64,000 bases of DNA, taken from positions 5,504,001 through 5,568,000 of the forward strand of contig CBDCNP010000002.1 in the NCBI GenBank assembly GCA_965219415.1, written 5' to 3'. The notes under the pieces are model-generated. The model saw only the letters and a program-made list of their open reading frames with translations, searched no databases and was not told the origin of the DNA. The first letter of the stretch is position 1, and every line of letters starts with the position of its first letter. A program made the position numbers and the translations under genes. Shown here one piece after another: positions 20,466 through 31,585 of this stretch. The DNA is from Candidatus Marinacidobacterales bacterium. Lineage in GTDB: Bacteria; Acidobacteriota; Vicinamibacteria; Marinacidobacterales; DATDRI01.

Positions 20466-22940
20466 TTACCGTGCCGCACCCTCGGCCAAGCCTTCGAGAA
20501 ACTTGCGAGCGTCGCGAAAACGCGCTTTCAGTCGCGGGATCGGCGTCGAACCATACCCCTCATCGAGCCGGCGCTCCGCGACATCGAGCGCCGCGAGAAG
20601 CTCCGCGGCCGACCGACGCGCCGCGGAGGGGTCGGTGCTTCCCCGCTCGCCGATCCAGATCGGAGAGCTGTGGGCGAACGGGTAGCCGTTCATCCCCGGC
20701 CATTGCTCCTCGCCTCCATGAACACGGATCGCGATCCAGCCACCGGAAGGTATCGGCACGGTTCCAGAGTAGCGCTTTTCACCAGGTGTTTCGGGCCCGG
20801 CTTCGGCATGAACCACCTTGCCGTTCACGATGAGTTCGATCTTCTCGACGGGCATGGGCGTCGAAAGTCGCAAGCTCCAGGACCCCAAGCCGCCGTCACC
20901 GTCGATCACGTCGCCAGGCGCACTTTCGCCGACGCGAAAGTCCACGAGCGGACCGGTGCTGACGAAGCTTCGTCCCTGCTTGAGCGCGTGTAGGTAGCGC
21001 TCGAACGTCATCGGCTCATCGACCCGTACGTACACTCGCGTCGCGCCTACGGTCATGGTTCGGTAGTAGTCCGCCATGATGTCCGTGCCTGCGGAAGCAG
21101 CGACAGGAGCACCCACGTTGAGGAAGCGGTACCAGACGTCGTGGGTTCCCAGCTCGCTGATCCAGAGACATGCCAGCTCAAGGGTATCGAGATCGCCGAG
21201 AACCGCGTCCGGAATCAAGTTGATGGGAATCGCTCTCATCGCCTCCTCGTCATGGAACGGTTCGGAGCGCGAAACGGGATGCATGTAGCTGGTGACACCT
21301 CCCTGTTTTCGAGCGAAACGAAGCACGTCATGGTTGGGTCGATCGTCCTGTCCGTAGACCGGGTAGTCCGGGCCCCAGTACCAGGGCCAGTGGGGCTCTA
21401 CGATGCCGATGAGCCCGAGATGTCCGAGCAGGTGAGAGCGCACTTCCTGCCCGAAAGTCAGGAAGGGGAGCACTTCGATTCGGCGATACTCGAAGTGTTC
21501 GAGATCATTAAAGCGGTGGTGGAGATTCGCCATGAGCGGCGTCCCGACGTCGACGTCCTCGGCTTGGAGAGGAAGCAGGAGGTCCTCGGGCGCCAAGCGG
21601 TATGGCCCCCCGTAGTTCATATGGTAGTGGTGGTCTGCGGAGTACCAGCCGTCCTGGCGCGGTTCCCACAGAAACTCGAACGGTAAATCCACCGGTGCCA
21701 TCGAGCCCGGCTCGACCTGTACCGTCCGTGTGATGGTCTTTGCCGAAAAACCGTGGCTTGCCTCGATACGCACCTCGCCCGCCGGTACTTCGACGCTGAC
21801 GACGCCGGGCGAGTAGAAGTATACCTTGCCGTGTACACCATCGAAGTGAGGCATGCTCGAGCTGGCCGGAAGCGCGGGGTGACCGTTGGCGTCCGCGACA
21901 TGAAGGCGCGCCGGCAACGGGGACGCGCTTTCCGCACGCGTCGTTCGGATGACGACGCGCCCAGTGGGCACGCCCCAGTCCCACGACCGAATCGGAACTC
22001 GCTTCGCCTTCCCCCCCGTGGCCGGAACGGCGAATAGCTCGAACTCGAGCTCATCGTTCGCTTCCACGAAGTACACCGTTTTACCGTCGTGGCTGAACGC
22101 CGGGGAGATCGGAAGACCCGAGCGTGCGTTGAGACGAATGGCGTCATCGTCGTTCCAGTCGACGAGGTAGAGGTCGTAGCCGTCAGGGCTCGGCCAGTTC
22201 ACCGCAAGTGTCTTCCCGTCGGGGCTCAGGCCCGGGTGGGTCTGGGACATGATCGACTGTGTTCGGAGCGTGCGCTCCAAGCCTGTCTCTCGATTGGAGT
22301 AGACGAGCCGGTCCGGTCCCCCCCGACCCTTGGAGAGGAACACCAGTGACTGCCCATCTAGCGGCAGCGGGCGAATCTCGATGCCGCGATGGGACGTCAC
22401 CGGCATCCGCTCGGCGGTGGCGAGCTGAAACCGCCAAATATCGAGGGTCCCCGCTTGGCCGGAGCTGTAGTAGAGGAACTCTCCGTCGGACGAGTAGATC
22501 GGGTCGAGCTCGATCGCGTCCGTCTCCACGATCGGTTGCACGTCACCGGTCTCGATATCCAGAACCCAAATGTCCAGGTCCGAGCTGTCGTCGCGTAGAA
22601 ACGCGATGCGGCTGCCGTCCACCGACCACGTCGGGCGGGAATCCATCGCACCCCCTTTCGTGAGTCGACGGGCGGCCCCCGACTCAAGGTCGACGAGCCA
22701 CAACCATCCGCGCGACGCAATCGCGATGCTCTTTCCATCGGGCGACGGTGCCGGGTCGGTCGGCCCGGCAGCAAGGATCGGCAGCTCGAATCCCTCGAGG
22801 TAGACGTGGTGACGATAGCCCTCGATTTTGGGATAGCGGTTGGTCCATTGGGATCGTGCCCACGAAGGAGCGACGAGGAGCCCGACCGATAAGGCGAGCG
22901 CAACGAAAGTAGAGCCGGTAACGGAAGCGGCGGTTTTCAT
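20466..22940 (-). CDS. Exported CehA/McbA-family PHP-like metallohydrolase with N-terminal TolB-like propeller
   Basis: Signal peptide; repeated P..SPDG motifs; WYSADHHYH, GHLGL, SYMHP, SAGTD metal-binding motifs. Confidence 0.8.
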   Translation of the reverse strand: MKTAASVTGSTFVALALSVGLLVAPSWARSQWTNRYPKIEGYRHHVYLEGFELPILAAGPTDPAPSPDGKSIAIASRGWLWLVDLESGAARRLTKGGAMDSRPTWSVDGSRIAFLRDDSSDLDIWVLDIETGDVQPIVETDAIELDPIYSSDGEFLYYSSGQAGTLDIWRFQLATAERMPVTSHRGIEIRPLPLDGQSLVFLSKGRGGPDRLVYSNRETGLERTLRTQSIMSQTHPGLSPDGKTLAVNWPSPDGYDLYLVDWNDDDAIRLNARSGLPISPAFSHDGKTVYFVEANDELEFELFAVPATGGKAKRVPIRSWDWGVPTGRVVIRTTRAESASPLPARLHVADANGHPALPASSSMPHFDGVHGKVYFYSPGVVSVEVPAGEVRIEASHGFSAKTITRTVQVEPGSMAPVDLPFEFLWEPRQDGWYSADHHYHMNYGGPYRLAPEDLLLPLQAEDVDVGTPLMANLHHRFNDLEHFEYRRIEVLPFLTFGQEVRSHLLGHLGLIGIVEPHWPWYWGPDYPVYGQDDRPNHDVLRFARKQGGVTSYMHPVSRSEPFHDEEAMRAIPINLIPDAVLGDLDTLELACLWISELGTHDVWYRFLNVGAPVAASAGTDIMADYYRTMTVGATRVYVRVDEPMTFERYLHALKQGRSFVSTGPLVDFRVGESAPGDVIDGDGGLGSWSLRLSTPMPVEKIELIVNGKVVHAEAGPETPGEKRYSGTVPIPSGGWIAIRVHGGEEQWPGMNGYPFAHSSPIWIGERGSTDPSAARRSAAELLAALDVAERRLDEGYGSTPIPRLKARFRDARKFLEGLAEGAAR

Positions 22941-23074
22941 GGTGACCTCGGGTCGACTCGCAACCGGGCGCAATCCCTATCAGCCGCGCGGGTGCGATTC
23001 TTGGGCGTGCATTATAATCCCTGTATGTCCAGGGACCGGACGTGTCGCATCAAGCAATATCCGCTCGAGTTGGA

Positions 23075-23196
23075 AGCCATCGATCGGAAACATCCCACCG
23101 GTCGAGTACGAGATGAACTACTATCGATCCAAGGAAGGCTCGCTAGAGATGGCGAGACTCAACTAATACAGTCTCCGGAAAACCTGGGGCGGTTCA
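23075..23196 (+). mobile_element. Solo right end of IS3 type 3
   Basis: IGNIPPVEYE..* then GTCTCCGGAAAACCTGGGGCGGTTCA, the inverse of the left end at 33315. Confidence 0.75.
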
Positions 23197-23293
23197 CCCT
23201 TTTCGTTTGTGATTTCTCCTTTGGGTTCCTGGATGTGTCCCGAGGTCCGTGGAAAAAGAACGGTGCCCTCCACTCCGTCATCAGAGTATCATA

Positions 23294-24122
23294 TCAGGCG
23301 GCAACCTCCGCGTGTTCGAGAACCTCGCTCAGACGTTGGTAGCCGTCGATGCGTCGTAGTTGAATCTGGCCAGAGGCGATAAGCCCAAACAGCAAAGCGA
23401 CCGCAGACTCCTCGCTGGAGAACGACGCTTGGGTTTTCGTCCGGCGTCGAAACTCGCGGTTGAGATTCTCCAGAGCTTTGGTCGTTCGAAACGATTTCCA
23501 CATGGCACGAGGGAATTCGTAGAAGGTCAGCAGCTGATTACCGGCCTCCTCTAGGCTTCGGACGACGGCCGGCGCGAGAGGCGTCCACTTGGCGACGAGC
23601 TCGTCATAGGCTTTGCGAGCATCGAACCCGTTCTTGGCGTAGACGATCCGGTTGTAGTCACGCCGGAGCTCACGGCGTGCGTGCGCCGGGCAATGTTGGA
23701 GCAAGTTGGCGCGCTTGTGCTCGGTACATCGCTGCAACCGGCACCCCGGCCACTTCTCCAGCGCTTTCGTCAGCCCCTTGTGGCCGTCGCTGATCACTAG
23801 CTTGGGAGCCTGGAGTCCCTCCAGCACGGAGCCCCAATGCGTCGAGGCTTCGCTCACCGCCAGACGCAATGACAACAGACGTTTGTGCCCGTCTGGCGCG
23901 ACCCCGAGCGCGGCCAGTACGGGTACGCTGATCACACGTTTCGCCATCCGCACTTTCAGGTGGAAGCCGTCCAGGTAAACGATCGCGTAGACCTCCTCGC
24001 TGAGAGCACGGTTCTGCCATTCCTCGAAGCGCTCCTTCAGCCGGCTAACCACGCGAGACACCGCGCTCTTCGATAGGTGCTCCTCACCGAGCAGTGGTTT
24101 CAGCGCTTTGCGGATCCGGCGG
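23294..24122 (-). pseudogene. IS256 transposase, 5'-truncated by IS5
   Basis: VYLDG, ISDGHKGL, QRCTEHK, RTTKALENLNREFRRR. Confidence 0.85.
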
Positions 24123-25210
24123 TGCCTTGGTGCACAACTCCGATAGAGGCCGAGAGCTCGCTTGGCCCCGACTCCCATCATCCGATCATCTCGCTATCAG
24201 GCATCCCGAGCGCCGTCATGGTGTTGAGAATCTTGCACCCGATCCTTGCCTCACCTCTCTGTGCCGCCAACCCTCTCGCTCGCATCGCTGAGCCCACGAT
24301 AGCCTTGTAGCGATGGAACGTTGTCTCGACTTTGCTCCGTTTGCTGTAGCCCGATTCTGTGTGCCACTTTCGTTTGCCGAGCCGAGCTTGTGCTGCAATG
24401 TTTGCGATTGCGCTGTCGGCTGCTCGCCGGCCCCGATGCGAGCAGGGCGCCCTTGCGCGGCGGTATCAGCACCCTCGGCGAGCGATGAGCGCTGTGATTC
24501 TCGATTGCCTCATAGACGCCGCCGGCGTCGTATGCGGTGTCAGCTCTGGCCGATGAGATGGGACTGTCGATCTGTCCGACAAGCGATGCAACCCGCGATG
24601 AATCGCGGGCTCTTTTGCTCGTCAGCTCGCCGGCGACGACTTCGCCACTCTGCTCGTCGACACACAGATGGAGCTTGCGATAGTCCCTGCTCTTTTGTGC
24701 TCTGCGCAGCTGGCCGGCGTGGACAGCGAGACCGCTGCTGTCGAACAAGATGTGCAACGGCGTCTTCTGCTTGACTGGGTAGAAGGGGACCTTACCCAGC
24801 TTCGGCTTGCGCCTCGAGATCGTGGTGTGATCGGGCACATCACTGTCTAGCTTCATCAGAGCGAACAACGACCGCAGCAATCCCTCGCTCTGCCTAGATG
24901 ACAGATGAAACACCATGCCCAGGGTGACAGCCGTCTCGATGGCGTGGTTCGAGTACTTGCGTTGACGGCCCGGTTTCCTCCTCCTTGGCCGGGGCGCGTC
25001 CCAGTTCACAAGCTTGCCGGCGGTGAGCGAGATCCAGACGGTCAGGCTCCCGCGGTTGCGTAGACCCGCCTCATATTCACGCCAATTCCTCACGCGATAG
25101 GCCTTCTTCACATACTTCCGCTGAGTGCGTTTGAAAATGCTCATGGGGAACCTCGTATCCGCGAGTACAGGACAATTGTGGACCGAGATCGAGAGTTGTG
25201 CACCAAGGCA
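24123..25210 (-). mobile_element. IS903-like IS5 element, copy 3 (+1 frameshift near 24402)
   Basis: TIRs present; extra T relative to copies 1 and 2. Confidence 0.92.
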
Positions 25211-25234
25211 GACTATTGGCGGGAAGGCGGAGGG

Positions 25235-25382
25235 TGTGCCTTCTATTTATTTATCCGCCAGCCCCATGGGTCGGAAGTCAGCCCTGCGGCGCGAAATACC
25301 CTGGATTCTGCGCGGATTCCAACGGCGTCTAAGCTGCTGATTTGTGGTCTATTTCAAAAGGGCCGAGTTTTGGCACAGGACG
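25235..25382. repeat. D-F-A MITE
   Basis: Third copy of 7169-7316. Confidence 0.85.
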
Positions 25383-25467
25383 GGGAACCCGAATAGTTGG
25401 CCGCAACGTCGCCCTCCCACGGCATTGGTGTCACCTCGTTCGAATAGACGAGGATCTCCACGACCGC

Positions 25468-25633
25468 CTAGGGTCCAGAACAATAGGCCGGATATTCGGA
25501 AACAGTCGCATGAACGAGCCTCTCCACGTTCATAAGACGCCAGTGGCATCGTCGGGTCGACCGGTATGGAGTAGCCGATCGTGGCAGGTCTAAACCGCGC
25601 AATCAATGCCGGATCGACTTTTTGCGGAGTGTG
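25468..25633 (-). repeat. C-type ~165-bp repeat
   Basis: Homologous to 30848-31017, 38820-38984 and 56196-56360. Confidence 0.75.
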
Positions 25634-26018
25634 CAATTTTCGTCCGCCACAAATGTGCAATTTACAGCCGCCGCTAACATCATCCATTTGAGCCGACACC
25701 CTGGGCATCAGCGGGGGAACCGTCCGGCGCAGCAGCAGGCTTCTGGTCAGGATCCATTGTCGTCCTCTTGGTCGTGACTCGGCCCAGGGCGCTCCGCGAT
25801 AGGCGGGCGTGCCACTGCTCCCGATGCTCCTAGGTGTGGTAAACAGGTACCATGGGGCGTTCCAGTCCTCCCGAGACGCGTGATTTCGCCTGGAAAAAGG
25901 GACGGGGCGAGCTTAGGACCGAGCGGGAGATTCAAGGCGTGCCTCTGCTCGTTCAGCTTGACTTGCAAAAGATCTTCGAGGAGGCCCAGAGTCCAGTGAT
26001 GCATCGGGAGGGTGAGAA

Positions 26019-29000
26019 TTGACTGACGGTTTCCAGAGAACGCTGGACCACATACGGTCCATCGCCGATTCCGAAGCTGAAAAGGGGCGCCTCTTCGAGC
26101 GGCTGATGAAGACGTACTTCGTCAAGGATCCCCTCTACAAGGAACGGTTCTCCAAAGTCTGGCTGTGGTCCGAATGGGCGAACCTGAAGCAGGGATTCGA
26201 TGGCGCCGATACCGGTATCGACCTGGTCGCCGAGGAGCGTGAGGGCGGTTACTGTGCCATTCAGTGCAAGTGCTACGCGCCTGGCACCCAGATTTCGAAG
26301 CCTCATCTCGATTCGTTCATCTCCGCATCGGCCCGTGACCCCTTCACCACCCGTATCGTGGTCGATACCGGCGACGGATGGGGGCCGAACGCGGTCAAGA
26401 CCATTACTCCACTGAAGCCCGCATGCACCGTGCTGCGGTTCGGCGATCTCGCGAGTCGGCCGTTCGACTGGCCAGACCTGATCCACGATGAACCGGAAGA
26501 CCTTTCCTTTAGGCACGAGCCGTTCAGCCTGCGCCCCCATCAGAAGCTCGCGTTCGACGACGTGACCGGCGGATTCAATGATCACGATCGCGGCAAGCTG
26601 ATCATGGCGTGCGGCACGGGCAAGACCTTTGCAGCGCTGCGCATAGCGGAAGCCGTTGCGGGTATCGGGGGGCGGGTGCTCTATCTGGTGCCGTCGATAT
26701 CGCTGTTCCAGCAATCGATGCGGGAATGGGCAACGCAACGGTCGATCCCGCATCGGTATATCGGGATCTGCTCCGATACACGCGCCGGACGAAACGACGA
26801 GGACGCGTCGCTCCAGGAGCTTGAAATCCCGGTCACCACGGACCCCAAGGCGATCTCCCAGGTACTCAGAGAAGCGCGGCCAGACGCGATGACGGTAGTC
26901 TATTGCACCTACCACTCGCTTGGCATCGTGGAAAATGCACAAGACGACGGAGCGCCGGCATTCGACATTGTTCTCTGTGACGAAGCGCACAGAACGACCG
27001 GCGTGGAGCGTCCCGGCGACAAGACGTCACCGTTCGTGCTCGTGCACGATGAGCAAAGAATTCGGGCTGCGAAGCGCCTCTACATGACCGCCACCCCGCG
27101 TCTCTATACGGAAGGCGCGAAGGCGAAAGCAGCAAGCCACGATGTCGAAGTGTTCTCCATGGACGATCCGGCGACCTATGGGCCGGAGCTTCACCGTCTT
27201 CCCTTTTCCAGGGCGGTCGAGCAGGACCTGTTATCCGACTACAAGGTTGTAGTCCTCGCCATGTCCGAGCAACACGTCGATTCCGCGTTGCAGGCGCATC
27301 TGGCGTCGGGCGACAGCGAGATCAACATCACCGACGCGGCGAAGATCGTCGGTTGCTGGCGCGCGTTGCAGAACCCGGAGAACAAGCGTCTCAGCGACGC
27401 ATCTATCCAGCACCTAACCCGCGCGATCGCGTTCACCAACACCATTGTTTCCTCGAAGCGGCTGGAAGCGCATTGGGACGGTATCGTCGGGCACGCCATC
27501 GATTTGTTGCACGAGGCGGAGCGGCCGGACGCGTTCCGCTGCAAAACGCGCCACGTCGATGGACAGCATCACGCGCTTGAGCGTAAGGCCCGTATCGAAT
27601 GGCTCAAGGCCGATTCCGAGGGAACCTGCCGCATTCTCTCGAACGCCCGGTGCCTATCCGAGGGCATCGACGTGCCGGCGCTCGACGCCGTGCTCTTCAT
27701 GAACCCGAAAAACTCGCAGGTCGACATCGTGCAGGCCGTCGGCCGCGTCATGCGTAAGGCCGAGGGCAAGCAGTACGGCTACATCGTGCTTCCGGTCGCC
27801 GTGCCGGCGGGCGTCGACCCGGCCGCGGCTCTCGACGACAACGAACGGTTCGCCGTGGTCTGGAGCGTCTTGCGGGCGCTGCGCTCGCACGATGACAGGT
27901 TCGATGCCGAGATCAACAAGATCGACCTCAATGACACGCCGACCGATCGGATCATCTTCAGCGGTGATGGGCTCGATGGACAGGGCACCCCCGAACTGCC
28001 CTTTCCGCCGCTCGACCTGCCACCCGGCGCGATATTCTCCAAGGTTGTCGAGAGATGCGGAGACCGGAAATACTGGGAGACCTGGGCCAGGGACGTTGCA
28101 GATATCTTCTCGCGGCTCGTCCACCGGATCGAGGCTCTTCTGGCCAGTCCCGATAACGAAACCCTGCGCGACTGGTTCGACGCTTTCCACGAGGAGCTCA
28201 AGGTCTCGATCAACGCCTCGATCAGCCGGGATAGCGCCATCGAAATGATGGCGCAGCATACCTTGACGCGGCCGGTCTTCGAGGCACTGTTCGAGCACTA
28301 CGATTTCGCCGCCGGCAACCCGGTGGCGCAGGCGCTGGACTCCCTGGGGCGGGATTTCGGAGAGTTCGGCCTCGAGAACGAAACCCGAGATCTGGAACGC
28401 TTCTACGAAAGCGTCCGCATGCGCGCCCGCGGCCTCGACAACAGCGAAGCGCGGCAGCACGTGCTGATGGAACTCTACGAAAAGTTCTTCTCCACGGCCC
28501 TCAAGAAGGACGCAGACCGTCTCGGCATCGTCTACACACCGGTAGAAGTCGTGGATTTCATCGTGAACAGCGCCGACCACGTGGTGCGCCAAGAGTTCGG
28601 CCGCAGCTTGAGCGACGAAGGCGTTCATCTCCTCGACCCGTTCACCGGCACCGGCATCTTCCTCGTCCGGCTGCTTCAGTCCGCGCTGATCCGTGATACC
28701 GATCTCAAGCGGAAATACCACGGAGAGCTTCACGCCAACGAGCTCGTCCTACTGGCCTATTACATTGCGGCCATTCACATCGAGGAAGCATTCCACGGCC
28801 GTCGCGGGCCAGACAGCGCTTATGCGCCCTTCGACGGCATCGTACTGACCGATACGTTCAATCTATACACGGATAGGACCGGCTTTCCGAAGGCATGGCT
28901 TCCGGACAACAGCGAGCGTGCGGAGCGCCAGCAGGATCTGCCGATCCAGGTCATCGTCGGCAATCCGCCGTGGTCGGCAGGCCAGAGGAGCTCGGCGGAC

Positions 29001-30749
29001 AACAACCCCAACGTCGACTATCCCGAGCTTCAGAAGCGCGTCGGCGAAACCTATGCCGCACGGTCTGGCGCCGCGAACAAGAACAGCCTCTACGATACCT
29101 ACAAGATGGCGATCCGCTGGGCGTCGGACCGGATCGGCGACCAGGGCGTCGTTGCCTTGGTCACCAACGGCTCCTGGATAGACGGCAACGTGGATTCGGG
29201 CGTTCGCGCCTGTCTGGCCGAGGAGTTTAGTTCGATTTATGTACTAAACCTGCGGGGGAATGCGAGGACGTCTGGGAAGTTGCGCCGTGAGGAGGGTGAC
29301 AACGTATTCGGCCAGGGCTCCCGGGCACCGGTTGCAATCACAATCCTGGTCCGCAACCCGGATGCCACTCACAGCGGCTGTCACATCCGCTACCGCGATG
29401 TCGGCGACTATCTGAAGCGCGAGGAGAAACTGGCGATCCTGCGCAAGGCGGGCTCTATCACAGGTATTGAGGACTGGCGGACGATTGAGCCAGACCGGCA
29501 TCACGACTGGATCGGCCAGCGCAGCGATGCGTTCCAAAGGCTCTATCCGATGGGGTCGAAGGGCGCGAAGGCCGGCAAGGCGGGCGATGCGATCTTCAAG
29601 CTGTACAGCAATGGTTATTACACTGGTAAGGATCCTTACATTTACAATTTCTCGCGCGCCGCCTGTGTGGCGAATGCCCGCGCGATGGTGGGCGATTATC
29701 AGGACGCCATGGAAGTTCGGAAAGAACATCAGGAGTACACAATTAACGACGTAACAAAAATTCATTCAGAAAATGCCAAATGGGACCAAACTCTCAAAGC
29801 CAGATTCCAAGCTGGGCGGCAAGCAAAATTTTCATCAGATCATATTCGACGAGTTGCATATCGCCCCTTTGTTGCAACGCACTGCTATGCGGATGACCTA
29901 TTTTCCAAGAGGCCGGGGATAAGGGGCACTATGTTTCCCGATGCCGCGCACGACAACCGCGCGATCTGCGTTCCGGGTGTCGGCTCGACTAAACCTTTCT
30001 CAGCCCTCATGGTCGACACGATGCCAGATCTACACTTCGTCGCCTTCGGCCAATGCTTCCCGCGCTACCGTTTCCAGGAACCGACGGATGCGCAGGGCGC
30101 GCTGCCGGGTATCGGACCGAAGTTGGAACGGATCGACAACATCACGGAAACCGCACTACGTACCTTTCGCGTTCGCTATGACGACAACACGATCACGAAG
30201 GACCTGACCTTCGATTACGTCTACGGCGTGCTCCATGCGCCGGGCTACCGCGAACGCTTTGCCAACGACTTGGCGAAAGAACTGCCGCGTATCCCCTTGG
30301 CGGACGATTTCCATTCGTTCGCGAGGGCGGGACGTGAACTGACGGAGCTTCATTTGGGGTATGAAACCTGCGAGGAATATCCGCTCGAATGCGTGCTCGC
30401 ACATGAAGGGAAAGCACGGCCCGAGGATTTCCGCATTGGCGAGCGGGCGATGCGATATTCCGATGACGACAGGACAGTCCTCATCGTCGACGACCATCTC
30501 CGGCTCGGCAGGATCCCGCCAGAGGCGCACCAGTACCAGGTCAACGGGCGGACACCGCTAGAATGGTTCATTGACCGCTACCGAATCACTCGGGACAAGG
30601 AAAGCGGTATCGTCAACGACCCCAATGCTTGGTTCGACGATCCACGCGAACTGATCGCGGTGATCTGCCGCATCATCCATGTCAGCGTGGAATCAACGCG
30701 CATCGTCGAGAGATTGCCCGAACCGATCTTGGAGCCGAAGCACTTGTAG
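26019..30749 (+). CDS. Type ISP restriction-modification enzyme (LlaBIII/LlaGI-like: Mrr nuclease, SF2 helicase, N6-MTase, TRD)
   Basis: DTGIDLVA..AIQCKCY; MACGTGKT, DEAH, MTATP, QAVGRVMR; LDPFTGTG, NPPW; C-terminal YQVNGRTPLEWFIDRY. Confidence 0.95.
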   Translation: MTDGFQRTLDHIRSIADSEAEKGRLFERLMKTYFVKDPLYKERFSKVWLWSEWANLKQGFDGADTGIDLVAEEREGGYCAIQCKCYAPGTQISKPHLDSFISASARDPFTTRIVVDTGDGWGPNAVKTITPLKPACTVLRFGDLASRPFDWPDLIHDEPEDLSFRHEPFSLRPHQKLAFDDVTGGFNDHDRGKLIMACGTGKTFAALRIAEAVAGIGGRVLYLVPSISLFQQSMREWATQRSIPHRYIGICSDTRAGRNDEDASLQELEIPVTTDPKAISQVLREARPDAMTVVYCTYHSLGIVENAQDDGAPAFDIVLCDEAHRTTGVERPGDKTSPFVLVHDEQRIRAAKRLYMTATPRLYTEGAKAKAASHDVEVFSMDDPATYGPELHRLPFSRAVEQDLLSDYKVVVLAMSEQHVDSALQAHLASGDSEINITDAAKIVGCWRALQNPENKRLSDASIQHLTRAIAFTNTIVSSKRLEAHWDGIVGHAIDLLHEAERPDAFRCKTRHVDGQHHALERKARIEWLKADSEGTCRILSNARCLSEGIDVPALDAVLFMNPKNSQVDIVQAVGRVMRKAEGKQYGYIVLPVAVPAGVDPAAALDDNERFAVVWSVLRALRSHDDRFDAEINKIDLNDTPTDRIIFSGDGLDGQGTPELPFPPLDLPPGAIFSKVVERCGDRKYWETWARDVADIFSRLVHRIEALLASPDNETLRDWFDAFHEELKVSINASISRDSAIEMMAQHTLTRPVFEALFEHYDFAAGNPVAQALDSLGRDFGEFGLENETRDLERFYESVRMRARGLDNSEARQHVLMELYEKFFSTALKKDADRLGIVYTPVEVVDFIVNSADHVVRQEFGRSLSDEGVHLLDPFTGTGIFLVRLLQSALIRDTDLKRKYHGELHANELVLLAYYIAAIHIEEAFHGRRGPDSAYAPFDGIVLTDTFNLYTDRTGFPKAWLPDNSERAERQQDLPIQVIVGNPPWSAGQRSSADNNPNVDYPELQKRVGETYAARSGAANKNSLYDTYKMAIRWASDRIGDQGVVALVTNGSWIDGNVDSGVRACLAEEFSSIYVLNLRGNARTSGKLRREEGDNVFGQGSRAPVAITILVRNPDATHSGCHIRYRDVGDYLKREEKLAILRKAGSITGIEDWRTIEPDRHHDWIGQRSDAFQRLYPMGSKGAKAGKAGDAIFKLYSNGYYTGKDPYIYNFSRAACVANARAMVGDYQDAMEVRKEHQEYTINDVTKIHSENAKWDQTLKARFQAGRQAKFSSDHIRRVAYRPFVATHCYADDLFSKRPGIRGTMFPDAAHDNRAICVPGVGSTKPFSALMVDTMPDLHFVAFGQCFPRYRFQEPTDAQGALPGIGPKLERIDNITETALRTFRVRYDDNTITKDLTFDYVYGVLHAPGYRERFANDLAKELPRIPLADDFHSFARAGRELTELHLGYETCEEYPLECVLAHEGKARPEDFRIGERAMRYSDDDRTVLIVDDHLRLGRIPPEAHQYQVNGRTPLEWFIDRYRITRDKESGIVNDPNAWFDDPRELIAVICRIIHVSVESTRIVERLPEPILEPKHL

Positions 30750-30847
30750 AGCATGGGAGTCGGCCGCACAGATGCGACCAGCGTAACAATCCCGAATCGG
30801 ATGGGTCGCATGAGTCGGCAGAAGCAAGGGCGTAGGACGGAGGCCCG

Positions 30848-31017
30848 TGTGCTCCGCAAAACGTCGATCCGGCGTTGATTGAGCGGTTTAGAGCTGCCAT
30901 GCTCGGTTGCTTCGTGCTGTTCGACCCGACGATTTCACCGGCGTCTTATGAACGTGGGGCGGCTCGCTCTTGCGACTGTTTTCCGAATATCCGGTCTATT
31001 GTTCTGGACGCTAGGAC
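30848..31017 (+). repeat. C-type ~165-bp repeat
   Basis: TGTGCTCCGCAAAA..GATCCGGCGTTGATTG..CGAATATCCGGTCTATTG. Confidence 0.75.
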
Positions 31018-31039
31018 TGACCTGTGCCTTCTATTTATT

Positions 31040-31267
31040 GGGTTTACGCGGATTCGTGTGGGTAAGTTCTGACGGAAAAACAGTGTAACTCATTGTGTGG
31101 AAAAGGTATCGAGTACTTTCATCAGGTGCTGAAAAGTGGTCCATTTTTAGGATAGGCTAACCGAGTGAAAAATTCCCAGTCGATTCGCTCGCTGTTTGCG
31201 CTGCCAGGTTTCGTGGTTGGTGCCGGATTGAAGGGTCTATTCGGTGACCGATACGCCCGCGTCATCC
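31040..31267 (+). mobile_element. Truncated ISL3 left end
   Basis: Matches 34985-35211; cut by an A terminus at 31268. Confidence 0.85.
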
Positions 31268-31585
31268 CGTCCTGTGCCCAAACTCGGCCCTTTTGAAAGA
31301 CCATGGCTGTAATTTAATGCACTGTAAAGTCTTAGCGTCATTTTACCAACACTGAATGGCGGAAGCACCCATGAGGTCTGTGTGAGCGGCAGGGCTGCCC
31401 GATCGAACAACGGTTGCCTGACCAACAGTAGGAATTGCACATGGTACGTCATGATGGGATCCGAAGATAACACCCTCGGGCCAGACGATTGTAAAGCCCA
31501 CGGCCCTTGGCACCATCGCAATACACAGACGCTAAGCTGCTGATTTATCGGCTATTTCAAGAGGGCCGAGTTTTGGCACAGGACG
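31268..31585. repeat. Mosaic: inverted A end, part of MITE E, and 5' stub of an A-subfamily rve element with its A end
   Basis: CGTCCTGTGCC.. at 31268; E piece 31304-31370; [11 protein letters not shown] start on minus strand; A end at 31585. Confidence 0.7.

Noticed and set aside
25690-26022. Possible small gene coupled to the type ISP start (..EEAQSPVMHREGEN*, stop overlapping the TTG)
   Set aside because: No recognisable family or convincing start; probably a 3' remnant
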